Shown here piece by piece: positions 9,208-17,451 of a stretch of 32,000 nt of DNA. Below the pieces are notes generated by a model. It saw nothing but the letters and a program-made list of their open reading frames with translations. It was not told the DNA's origin and ran no database searches. Position 1 is the stretch's first letter, and each line of letters opens with the position of its first letter. The DNA is taken from contig NC_016070.1 of NCBI RefSeq assembly GCF_000253055.1, positions 1,740,001 through 1,772,000 on the forward strand, read 5' to 3'. The position numbers and the translations under genes were made by a program. Origin of the DNA: Thermoproteus tenax Kra 1. GTDB taxonomy: Archaea > Thermoproteota > Thermoprotei > Thermoproteales > Thermoproteaceae.

Positions 9208-9627
9208 ATGGCTTGGGAAAGCCCTAGACAGCTTCTGTCTGTGATAAACAAAAGGATTTCTGAGTCGGGCATCCTCTCGTTCATAGGATACCAAGTCGTA
9301 GACTTGGACATAGGCTACGCCGAGGCCGTCTTCCATCACGACAAGAGGTTAGAGAGGAGCGGCGGCATAATCCACGGGGGCGTCATCGTAACGGCGCTCG
9401 ACACTACTATGGGCCTCGCGGCCATGGCTGCAACCAGAGGCGAGAACAACGTGACGCTGGAGCTGAAAGTCAACTTCCTCGAGCCGTTAGATGGCGGACT
9501 ATATAAAGTAAAAGCTAAGGTGCTCCGTAAGGGGTTGCATACAGTAGTAGTAGACGGCGAGCTCCTCAAAGGCCAAAACGTGTTGGCCGCTAAAGCTCTA
9601 GGAACCTACTTTATTGTGAGGACTTGA
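9208..9627 (+). CDS. PaaI-family hotdog-fold thioesterase
   Basis: The motif GGIIHGGVIVTALDTTMGLAA and an overall length of about 140 aa fit a hotdog fold. The ATG at 9208 follows an AT box (AAAAACTATAT). The track ORF starts at 9169. Confidence 0.75.
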   Translation: MAWESPRQLLSVINKRISESGILSFIGYQVVDLDIGYAEAVFHHDKRLERSGGIIHGGVIVTALDTTMGLAAMAATRGENNVTLELKVNFLEPLDGGLYKVKAKVLRKGLHTVVVDGELLKGQNVLAAKALGTYFIVRT

Positions 9628-10537
9628 CCCAACTGAGTATTGCCTTTACTCTCTTGGCCGGGTGAGGGTGCGTGGACATAATGTCCGCCAACGGGGAGAC
9701 GCCCTCCTTGATCCACTTGGCGAGAAGCTCGTCGGGATTGCTCTCCTTTATGCGCATGGGGGGCACTGTTAAGACGATCCCCTTGAACGGATCAACGCGT
9801 ACGTTGCTCATATAGATCTGTATTTTCGCCAGGGCTCTGGCGAGATTTACGGCGTTAGGCCCCAAGAGGCGCGCGGCGTGCATATCTGCGTAGCTTTCCC
9901 TCAACCTATTGAACCATAGCACGAAGATCTGTATGAATATTGTCGTAGCGGTGAGCGCGAGACCTACGGCGAGCATGGCGAGCCCTAAGAAGAGGGCTGT
10001 TTCATCTAGCGCGGCCCAGAGGAGCGCCTGTCCTGTGTATAGCAGAAAGCCCCCGATGGAGCCCAGAGCCGACGGTATCAAGCCGAGCGCCAACATTATC
10101 TCCATATCAAAATGTCTGGCGTGTCCTACCTCGTGGGCCAACACGGCGTAGAGCTCATCTCGGTTTAATATTTCAAGGAGCGGCCTCGTGACGGCCACGC
10201 CTCTGCCCGATAACAAGTTCCCGAACGCAAAGGCGTTCGGGAACGGGTCGTCTGTCACGTAGACGCGGGGAGGCCTTATGTGGGACGCCTCTGAGATCTC
10301 CTTCACCATTCTGGCGAGCTCGCCATATGTGGGATCGTTGGTGACTTCTACGGCGCCTCTGCTGATAAGGTATGGAGACGCGAGCCACTGGACCAGCCAG
10401 AAGACTGGAAGGCCCACGGCTAAGAGCCACAAGGGGAGTGATAGGAGCGAGAGGAGGACGTAGGTCACTGCGAATTCGGCGAGGACGGCCAACAGACCGG
10501 CCACGGCCATTTTAATCCACAGCGATTTCACGCGCAC
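9611..10537 (-). CDS. htpX: HtpX-like M48 zinc metalloprotease (membrane)
   Basis: The HEXXH motif is HEVGH within LAHEVGHARHFD. Four predicted TM segments are present, and the C-terminal STHPHPAKR is typical of the HtpX family. Confidence 0.85.
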   Translation of the reverse strand: MRVKSLWIKMAVAGLLAVLAEFAVTYVLLSLLSLPLWLLAVGLPVFWLVQWLASPYLISRGAVEVTNDPTYGELARMVKEISEASHIRPPRVYVTDDPFPNAFAFGNLLSGRGVAVTRPLLEILNRDELYAVLAHEVGHARHFDMEIMLALGLIPSALGSIGGFLLYTGQALLWAALDETALFLGLAMLAVGLALTATTIFIQIFVLWFNRLRESYADMHAARLLGPNAVNLARALAKIQIYMSNVRVDPFKGIVLTVPPMRIKESNPDELLAKWIKEGVSPLADIMSTHPHPAKRVKAILSWVKSSQ

Positions 10538-10563
10538 ATCTTAATTTCAGATATTTTATCATT

Positions 10564-11886
10564 TTGAGCGTGGAGAGAGCCCGAGTACTGGCATCTATAA
10601 CGCTCAGCTCCTTTGTGATGCCGTACCTAGGCAACGCAATAAATGTTGCAGCCCTCGCCATGTCCCTCAGCCTCGGGGTGCCTGTAGCAAGCGTGGGTTT
10701 TCTGCAGCTGTTGTTGACGTTGGCCACGGCCTCGGCGGTTGTCCCCCTGGGTCGCCTCGCCGATGTGAGCGGCAGACCCAAGGTCTATAGGGCAGGCTTA
10801 GCGCTAATGGCGTTGGCGTCTGCCCTCGCCCTTCTCCCATTGTCGTACTTTGCGTTGGCGTTGATCCTCGCCGTCTTAGGCATAGGCGCTGCCGCCGTCT
10901 ACGGCAGCAATTACGCGATTCTGGTCTCAGCGTATCCGCCAGGCGAGCGCGGCAGAGCAATAGGCATAAACACGCTTGCGGTCTATATAGGTCTCACGAG
11001 CGGTCCCGTGATAGGCGGAATCCTTGCCTCGGCCAACTGGCGCTATATATTCCTTATATCGCTGTTGTTCTCGACGTCATCCTTAGTAATGGCGTTAGAT
11101 ATAGGCGGCGATCGCGCGGCTCGGGAGCCATTCGATGCAGTGGGCGCCGTTTTGTTCTCTATAGGTGTGTTGTTCTCCATGTTGGGGACGGCCGTGTCCC
11201 CATTTATTGGCCTACTGGGCATCGCCCTATTGGCGGCCTTCGGAGCATACGAGGCAACTAGGCCGATCCCTCTGATAGATCCACGTCTCTTCAAAAGGTT
11301 GAGATTTACCGCGGCTGTGTTGGCCTCTCTGTTAAACTATATGGCCACATTTGCGGTGACATTCATGTTGGGCCTCTATCTGGAGAAGCTACGGGGGCTC
11401 CCCTCCTCATATGCCGGCATGTTATTGCTACCGCAACCCGCCATGATGGCGGCCCTCTCCCCTCTGTCTGGGTGGTTATCAGACCTCGTTGAGCCCGGCG
11501 TGATATCATCGGCGGGGATGGCGTTGGCTACCGTTGCGTTAGCCGCCATGTCTACGCTGGGACCAAGCACTAGTCTGTCCACCTTGGAGATAGAGCTTGC
11601 GCTTTTGGGGGTCGGCTTCGCGCTCTTCATATCTCCGAACACCAATATAATTATGAGCTCGGCGGAGCCCAGACATAGAGGCGTGGCCTCGGCTGTAGTC
11701 GCCACGGCCCGGTTGGTCGGCCAGTCGCTTAGCATGGCCATAGCCGTATACATACTGTCGCACGAGGGGGGTTTCGGCGCTGTTCAGACCTCAATGGCCA
11801 TCTACTCGATCATATCGTTGATCGCCTCGATTCTATCTCTCCTTAGGATCAGCGGGCCGAGAACATTTAAGAGAGGGCGGAGGTGA
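10564..11886 (+). CDS. MFS transporter
   Basis: A 440-aa polytopic protein with an MFS-like loop (GRLADVSGRPKV) between TM2 and TM3. The start codon is TTG or GTG. Confidence 0.8.
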   Translation: MSVERARVLASITLSSFVMPYLGNAINVAALAMSLSLGVPVASVGFLQLLLTLATASAVVPLGRLADVSGRPKVYRAGLALMALASALALLPLSYFALALILAVLGIGAAAVYGSNYAILVSAYPPGERGRAIGINTLAVYIGLTSGPVIGGILASANWRYIFLISLLFSTSSLVMALDIGGDRAAREPFDAVGAVLFSIGVLFSMLGTAVSPFIGLLGIALLAAFGAYEATRPIPLIDPRLFKRLRFTAAVLASLLNYMATFAVTFMLGLYLEKLRGLPSSYAGMLLLPQPAMMAALSPLSGWLSDLVEPGVISSAGMALATVALAAMSTLGPSTSLSTLEIELALLGVGFALFISPNTNIIMSSAEPRHRGVASAVVATARLVGQSLSMAIAVYILSHEGGFGAVQTSMAIYSIISLIASILSLLRISGPRTFKRGRR

Positions 11887-11892
11887 GCGGCC

Positions 11893-12819
11893 GTGATTAT
11901 ACTATACGGGTTCGGCGGAGTTGGAAGGACTCTCGCGGAAGTCATATATGCGAGGACAAACTTCAAGATCTCCGGCATCTTTGATAGTAGAGGAGGCGTC
12001 TTGAACTGCGCCGGTTTCTCGAAGCAAGAGGTGATGAAGTTAGTGGGAGTCCCCAGAGGAGGGGTCGCGGACAGCGGCGTCGGGCGGCGTGCATCGTTGG
12101 ATGAGGCGTTGAACTGCGCTGAAGTTGTCGTTGACGTATCTCCTCCCAACTACAGAGACGGAGAGCCGGCCGCCTCGTTCTATAGAAGGGCTTTGTCCAA
12201 AGGCCTTTCGGTGGTCACAGCAAACAAGGCGCCGTTGGCCCTTTACTTCTCCGAGTTCGCAGATAGGCCCGTCTACTACAAGGCGACGGTTATGGCGGGC
12301 ACGCCCGTCATAGATCTGGCCCAGGGCCTTGTGGGACAAGAGATTATATCAATTAGAGGGGTGCTTAACGGCACCACCAACTACATTCTGACGAGGGTTG
12401 ACAGAGATGGCCTCTCGTTCGAGTCGGCGTTGGAGGAGGCCAAGAGGAAAGGATACGTAGAGCCTGACCCCTCGATCGATCTACAGGGCATCGATGCGGC
12501 CGCCAAATTAGTGATTTTATCTAACACATTGGGACTGAGGTTGGCCTTGAACGATGTAGAGCGGAGGGCGCTTAGCTATCTCGGCCCCCGCACAAAATAT
12601 GTGGCGCAAGCCGACTTCACGACGGGACGCGCCAGCGTAGCTCCGGAGCGGCTTGAGGAGGGCGACTTCTTGTTGCATGCGCTATACACAGTCAACGCTG
12701 TGGAGATCCGTACTGAGGTCAACGAGATAAAGGTAATAGGAAAGGGAGCCGGCAGAGTGGAGACGAGCCTAGCGCTGCTCAACGACATAATGAGGGCCCT
12801 CAGGGAAAGAAGACGGTAA
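11893..12819 (+). CDS. hom: homoserine dehydrogenase
   Basis: Motifs are GFGGVGRTLAEVI (NAD-binding), VVTANKAPLA, GVLNGTTNYILT and KGYVEPDPSIDLQGIDAAAKLVIL. The start codon is GTG. Confidence 0.9.
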   Translation: MIILYGFGGVGRTLAEVIYARTNFKISGIFDSRGGVLNCAGFSKQEVMKLVGVPRGGVADSGVGRRASLDEALNCAEVVVDVSPPNYRDGEPAASFYRRALSKGLSVVTANKAPLALYFSEFADRPVYYKATVMAGTPVIDLAQGLVGQEIISIRGVLNGTTNYILTRVDRDGLSFESALEEAKRKGYVEPDPSIDLQGIDAAAKLVILSNTLGLRLALNDVERRALSYLGPRTKYVAQADFTTGRASVAPERLEEGDFLLHALYTVNAVEIRTEVNEIKVIGKGAGRVETSLALLNDIMRALRERRR

Positions 12820-13997
12820 TGGAGATCAGCGCAGTATACACCACACTTTTCTATATATCTCTATTGCTCTTCCTGGCCGCTGTATTGAGGTACATACTGA
12901 GGAGGTTGGATATTCCGGGCATTGTTGCCGACATCTTGGCGGGGATCACGCTGAGCCCCTACCTCCTCGGCGCTTATATAAACGCTGTAACGGGCGTAGA
13001 GATAGCTCAAATAAACGACTACATAAGGTTCATGGCGGACTTCGCAGTGGTCCTGCTCATATTTGCTGCGGGCTTGGAGCACGGTCTCACTCCGCTGAGA
13101 GCTGCAGGCTTGTGGGGCGCGCTCGGAGCGATCTTTGGCGCTCTATTGCCCTTCTTAGTCGGCTACTTGAGCTACAGCCCCTATTTGGGCCGAGATCCCG
13201 CGCTATTGATTGGGGCCTCCCTGGGCGCCACTAGCCTCGCTGCGGTAGTTGCGTTATTGTTAGAGCGAAGGGTCGACAATATATCATCGAGGTTCTTAAC
13301 TGCGGCTGCTGCGATAGACGACGTTGTGACTTTCGTGCTCCTCTCAGCGGTGTTGGCGCTCATATCGGCGAGCTCGGGGTCCTCCTCGTGGCTCATCTTC
13401 AAGATAGTGAGTCTTTACGCCATTGCCTGGGTGGCCATCTTCTTTCTATCGTTATCGCTCGTGAAGTGGTTAGGCAAGAGAATCAGAGATGAGTACTCCT
13501 ACGAGTTCTCGTTGGTTGTAATCTTCGGTCTCACTGTCCTCATGACTTTGTTGGGCTTCTCGCCGATCATAGCGGCGTTTATCGCCGGGGTGGCCATAGC
13601 CGAGGGCATGGCCAGAGAGAGCGTTAAAAGGATGACCGAGTCTCTGTTGGAGCTCATGGGGCCGATTTTCTTCGTCACTATCGGGGCTGAGAGCGACGTG
13701 CGCGGGCTAGGCCTCGGAGGGCTATTGACCGCCTTAGCGCTTACAGCGATCGCAGTAGTGTTTAAGATGATCGGCGTTCTGCCGTTTGCATATTTGTACA
13801 ATAGAGATCTGAAAGCCTCGCTTGCCATAGCCATTGGCATGATCCCGAGGGGAGAGACGGGGCTAGCCATAGCGTCTCTCGGGTTTTCCATGGAGATCCT
13901 CGGCCGTCCGGAGTTCACAGCGCTCGTCCTTATGTCTCTCTTGACTACAATTATCGGCTCAATATTTTCACGCAGAACACTGAAGTGGCTTAGATAA
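12819..13997 (+). CDS. cation:proton antiporter (CPA2/Kef-NapA type, membrane domain only)
   Basis: A 392-aa protein with about 11-12 TM segments and a Na+/H+-exchanger-like organisation. A TAATG overlap joins it to the hom stop. Confidence 0.75.
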   Translation: MEISAVYTTLFYISLLLFLAAVLRYILRRLDIPGIVADILAGITLSPYLLGAYINAVTGVEIAQINDYIRFMADFAVVLLIFAAGLEHGLTPLRAAGLWGALGAIFGALLPFLVGYLSYSPYLGRDPALLIGASLGATSLAAVVALLLERRVDNISSRFLTAAAAIDDVVTFVLLSAVLALISASSGSSSWLIFKIVSLYAIAWVAIFFLSLSLVKWLGKRIRDEYSYEFSLVVIFGLTVLMTLLGFSPIIAAFIAGVAIAEGMARESVKRMTESLLELMGPIFFVTIGAESDVRGLGLGGLLTALALTAIAVVFKMIGVLPFAYLYNRDLKASLAIAIGMIPRGETGLAIASLGFSMEILGRPEFTALVLMSLLTTIIGSIFSRRTLKWLR

Positions 13998-15017
13998 TCA
14001 ATATAGGCCCAACTTTATCAAGAGCTCTGTGGCCAATACCGCATTGCCGGCCGCGCCTCTGATAGTGTTATGGCCCAACACAACGAAGGCCAGCTTGCGT
14101 GCCCCCAGCTTCCTTGCTCTGCCTACCACTACAGACATGCCGTTTCCAGCCATTCTGTCCAATCTAGGTTGCGGTCTATCTGGGTTCTTAGTCACAATGA
14201 TGGGCGCCTCGGGCGCTGTCGGGAGCCCTAGCTCTTGGGGAAGCCCTCTGAATTTGGCCAACAGCTCCAACACGCCCTCTATGTCGAAGTCGCGCTCTGT
14301 GTCGACATAGACTACCTCGGTATGCCCATCTACAACTGGTACTCGCGTGGTGGTGGCATAGATCTCTAGATCTCTCCGGAATATCTTTTTGGTCTCATTG
14401 ACTATCTTCTCCTCCTCCCCTCTGATGTAGGGTATCAAGTTGTCCAATATGGCCATTGAGGCCACGCCGGAGAAGCCGGCCCCGCTAACGGCCTGCATAG
14501 TCACCACGTGGAGCCTCACTATGCCGAACTCGTCGAGTATGGGCTTCAGCGGGAGGTCAAGGATCGTGGTGCTACAGTTAGGCTTCTTTATGATGCCGCC
14601 GCTCCATCCCCTTTTCCTCTGCTCCCTAAGTAGCTCGAGGTCGCGCGGGTTGACCTCAGGTATTACGAGAGGTATATCGGGCTCCAGCCTCATGTTGCTG
14701 GAGTTGCTGACAACAAGGTAGCCGCGCCGGGCCAACTCGGGCTCTACTTTCGCTGCCACCTCGGACGGCAACGCGGAGAACACTACGTCGACCTTAGGCA
14801 CCGAATCAACGTCTAGTTTATCTATCTTGAGCTCCGCCGCCTTCTCCGGTAGAGGAGTCTCGAGGACCCAGTTGATGTCTCCGTATCTTTTGCCCGCGCT
14901 CCGTTCCGACGCTGCGACGCCCACAAGCTCGAACCACGGATGTTCCGCTAGAAGTTGGACGTACCTCTGCCCTACTAGGCCGGTGGCGCCTATTACGTAC
15001 GCCCTTAGTTTATCCAT
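13998..15017 (-). CDS. asd: aspartate-semialdehyde dehydrogenase
   Basis: The sequence has the NAD motif VIGATGLVGQRY and the active-site region KKPNCSTTIL. The start is set at the ATG at 15017 (MDKLRAYVIG), which overlaps the ask stop by 13 nt. The track ORF starts at 15062. Confidence 0.9.
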   Translation of the reverse strand: MDKLRAYVIGATGLVGQRYVQLLAEHPWFELVGVAASERSAGKRYGDINWVLETPLPEKAAELKIDKLDVDSVPKVDVVFSALPSEVAAKVEPELARRGYLVVSNSSNMRLEPDIPLVIPEVNPRDLELLREQRKRGWSGGIIKKPNCSTTILDLPLKPILDEFGIVRLHVVTMQAVSGAGFSGVASMAILDNLIPYIRGEEEKIVNETKKIFRRDLEIYATTTRVPVVDGHTEVVYVDTERDFDIEGVLELLAKFRGLPQELGLPTAPEAPIIVTKNPDRPQPRLDRMAGNGMSVVVGRARKLGARKLAFVVLGHNTIRGAAGNAVLATELLIKLGLY

Positions 15018-15997
15018 ACGAGCTTCTCGAAGTAGGGCTTGACGAAGAGGTCGTGGGCCCACTTGGGCGGCATGGGCACATGGGCAGCGAAACGGCTCAC
15101 GTACTCTCCGCCGAGTTTGACTATCTCCTCAGCATCTAGGCCTACTACGCAAGAGCCCTCTCCGCATCTGAGCACCACTTTATAGGGCGGAGGCGCGTAG
15201 AAGTTCCCTATGACGGTGCCCCTGCTCCAATAGTTTCTCACTTCCACATACATGCCGTTGGTTACGGGCTCGAAAGTCCTCGGGTGGAAGTTTTTGGCTC
15301 CTAACCTCGCGGCCTCAACCGCCTCCTCTACGGACATCATTGGGAGTATCTTGGCCTCGGGCACCTCCTGTGGATTGGCCGTAAGAACGCCCGGGGCGTC
15401 GGTCACTAGAATCACTCTTCTGTAGCCTAGGAGCTTTGCCAAGAAGGTCGCAGTGTAATCGCTGCCTCCTCTGCCAACGGTGGTGAATCTGCCGTCTCGG
15501 GTCCTGCCGATGAAGCCTGTCACGACTGACACGCCCTCGTTCTCGCCTATTTCCTCGGCCAGGCTTTTGTCTTCCAGCGGCTTAGCTGAGCCGAAATTAT
15601 CGTCGGTTATTATGGGGGCCACGAAGAGCTTGCTCTCGAGGCCTATCCTCCTCAATAGGCCGTGCATTATAGTGGCGGAGAGTCTCTCGCCGAAAGACAT
15701 AAAGTAGTCTAATACGTCGGGACCCTCGGGCATGTCCAAGGCCTTGTACAGCTCTCTCAGGAGCGGGTCTATGCCAGATACCCCGAGCCTTTTGGCTATC
15801 TCTACGTGTATCTCTCTAATTGCTTCATATATGCTCTCGTGTCTGGTCTTGTACAGCTCTATGAGCATATCGGTGACTCCTTTTACTGCGGACACCACGA
15901 CGACAGGTTTATCGAAGGTCGAGATGAATTTGGCGGCGTCTAAAAAGTGTTGGGCGCTCCTCAAGAGGGAGCCCCCTATCTTTATTACGGTCCTCAT
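15005..15997 (-). CDS. aspartate kinase (short form, amino-acid-kinase fold)
   Basis: Motifs are VIKIGGSLL, VVVSAVKGVTDML, GRGGSDYTATFLA and GAKNFHPRT. An ATGA overlap joins it to the thrC stop. Confidence 0.85.
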   Translation of the reverse strand: MRTVIKIGGSLLRSAQHFLDAAKFISTFDKPVVVVSAVKGVTDMLIELYKTRHESIYEAIREIHVEIAKRLGVSGIDPLLRELYKALDMPEGPDVLDYFMSFGERLSATIMHGLLRRIGLESKLFVAPIITDDNFGSAKPLEDKSLAEEIGENEGVSVVTGFIGRTRDGRFTTVGRGGSDYTATFLAKLLGYRRVILVTDAPGVLTANPQEVPEAKILPMMSVEEAVEAARLGAKNFHPRTFEPVTNGMYVEVRNYWSRGTVIGNFYAPPPYKVVLRCGEGSCVVGLDAEEIVKLGGEYVSRFAAHVPMPPKWAHDLFVKPYFEKLVWIN

Positions 15998-17067
15998 CTC
16001 TCTAAAATCCTCATTAGCTCTTCGTGAGAGGGGACTTGGACTGTTTTAACTTCAACTATGTCGGGATCCTTCAGGGCGTGGCCCGTGACTACGGCCACGG
16101 TGGTGCCCGGGAGGTCTAACGACAGAGCGCCCGCCACCGACGCGGCGCCCGCCAGTTCGGCCCCTATACCGTCGTTACGCGCGAGAAGAGCCTGAGCCCT
16201 CAAGATCTCCCCATCGTCGACCTCCACGAGCATCCCGCCAGATTCTTGCACCGCTATAAAAGCCTTCATCCAATTCACTGGCTTGCCGATCCTAATAGCC
16301 GACGCCACAGTGGACGGTCTCTCGACGAACAGAGGAACCCTCAGACCTTCCCGCCAAGCTCTGGCCAGCGGAGCTGCTCCGGACGCCTGTACGCCTATCA
16401 TGCGCGGTAGCTTGGGACAGAGGCCCAGCATATTGAGCTCCTTGAAGCCTTTCCATATGGCGTAGATATTTCCCGCGTTTCCTACAGGCACAACCACATT
16501 GTCGGGACACCCCAGATCTTCGTATATTTCAAAGGCAGTGGTCTTCTGTCCCTCAAGGCGCCACGGGTTAAAGCTGTTCAAAGGATATGCGTATTTAGTG
16601 CCGTACTCCATCACTAAATCCAAGGCCTTGTCGAAGAATCCATCGACGACTAGGATCTCTGCCCCATGTAGCGCCGCTTGGACCAACTTTCCTCTGGCCA
16701 CGTTACCCTTGGGGAGGACAACGTAGGCCCTCATTCCGGCGCGCGCCGCATAAGCCGCGGCTGAGGCGGCAGTATTGCCAGTGGACGCCACGATGACCTT
16801 ATTTGCGCCTGACTCGCGCGCCACGGTCACTCCGAGCGCCATTCCTCTGTCCTTAAAGCTACCCGTAGGGTTAGCTCCATCGAACTTGATCCAGAGGTTC
16901 CTCTTCAGTCGGGACTCTATAAGTGGAGTTCTTCCCTCGCCCATGGTCACTCCGCTTTTCAGAGGCAACATGTCCGCATAGCGCCAGATCCCAGATCCTT
17001 TAGGCGACCACTGTAGATCCTTGACTGAGACGTCGAGCAATCCGCCGCACTTGGGACATCTGAACAA
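15994..17067 (-). CDS. thrC: threonine synthase
   Basis: The PLP lysine motif GSFKDRGMA is present, along with N-terminal zinc-ribbon cysteines (CPKCGG). The first canonical in-frame start is the TTG at 17067, but conserved-looking coding sequence continues upstream (see findings). Confidence 0.9.
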   Translation of the reverse strand: MFRCPKCGGLLDVSVKDLQWSPKGSGIWRYADMLPLKSGVTMGEGRTPLIESRLKRNLWIKFDGANPTGSFKDRGMALGVTVARESGANKVIVASTGNTAASAAAYAARAGMRAYVVLPKGNVARGKLVQAALHGAEILVVDGFFDKALDLVMEYGTKYAYPLNSFNPWRLEGQKTTAFEIYEDLGCPDNVVVPVGNAGNIYAIWKGFKELNMLGLCPKLPRMIGVQASGAAPLARAWREGLRVPLFVERPSTVASAIRIGKPVNWMKAFIAVQESGGMLVEVDDGEILRAQALLARNDGIGAELAGAASVAGALSLDLPGTTVAVVTGHALKDPDIVEVKTVQVPSHEELMRILER

Positions 17068-17163
17068 TCTATAGTCCGCTGGATATTCCGATCCACAACT
17101 TACGCAACGGAGGACGACGCCGGATTTATTGTCCCCGAGGGCATAGAGGCAAAGAATGGCGTC

Positions 17164-17176
17164 TATATAAATTTTT
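17164..17176. promoter_or_regulatory. AT-rich TATA-like box upstream of thrC, readable on both strands
   Basis: TATATAAATTTTT. On the minus strand, TTTATATA ends 19 nt upstream of the ATG at 17144. Confidence 0.5.
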
Positions 17177-17249
17177 CTAGGTATTATTTATTCTCTACAG
17201 ACGCCCCGGCAGAGCTGTTAGCCCCCACGGATTTTATGTGTCGGGTTGA

Positions 17250-17385
17250 GGAGCGCCCCCTTTCAAAGAGCGGTGCCCCGGCCCTCCCCCGGGGACAAGG
17301 TTTGGCCCGCCCCCGCCAGACGCCGCGAGGGCGGGGCGGAGGCGAGGGGGCACGGCCGTGCCCCGGCGCACGGGCGCGGCTGATC
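17250..17385 (-). repeat. GC-rich dispersed intergenic repeat, full-length copy A (opposite orientation to copy C)
   Basis: The reverse complement shares ordered blocks with 30495-30602: GGCCGT, CCCCTCGCC, CGCGGC, GGGGCGGGCC, GGGCCGGG, CCGCT and AAGGGGGCGCT. It contains the 18-nt perfect palindrome GGGGCACGGCCGTGCCCC at 17347-17364. Confidence 0.6.
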
Positions 17386-17451
17386 GGCCGACTATAGACT
17401 TCCTCGAGAATTCCTCCGGGACTCCAGCCGCCCATGGGCCCTCTTTGGGGA

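Noticed and set aside
10667-11763. Minus-strand track ORFs inside the MFS transporter gene (97, 83, 125 and 74 aa)
   Set aside because: They are shadow ORFs opposite a continuous 440-aa polytopic membrane protein.
17195-17400. The GC-rich structured island considered as RNase P RNA or SRP RNA
   Set aside because: I found no GGAAAGUCC / ACAGAA-type P4 pairing partners and no SRP helix-8 GGAA/AGCA motifs. The sequence is also multi-copy, which does not fit single-copy housekeeping RNAs.
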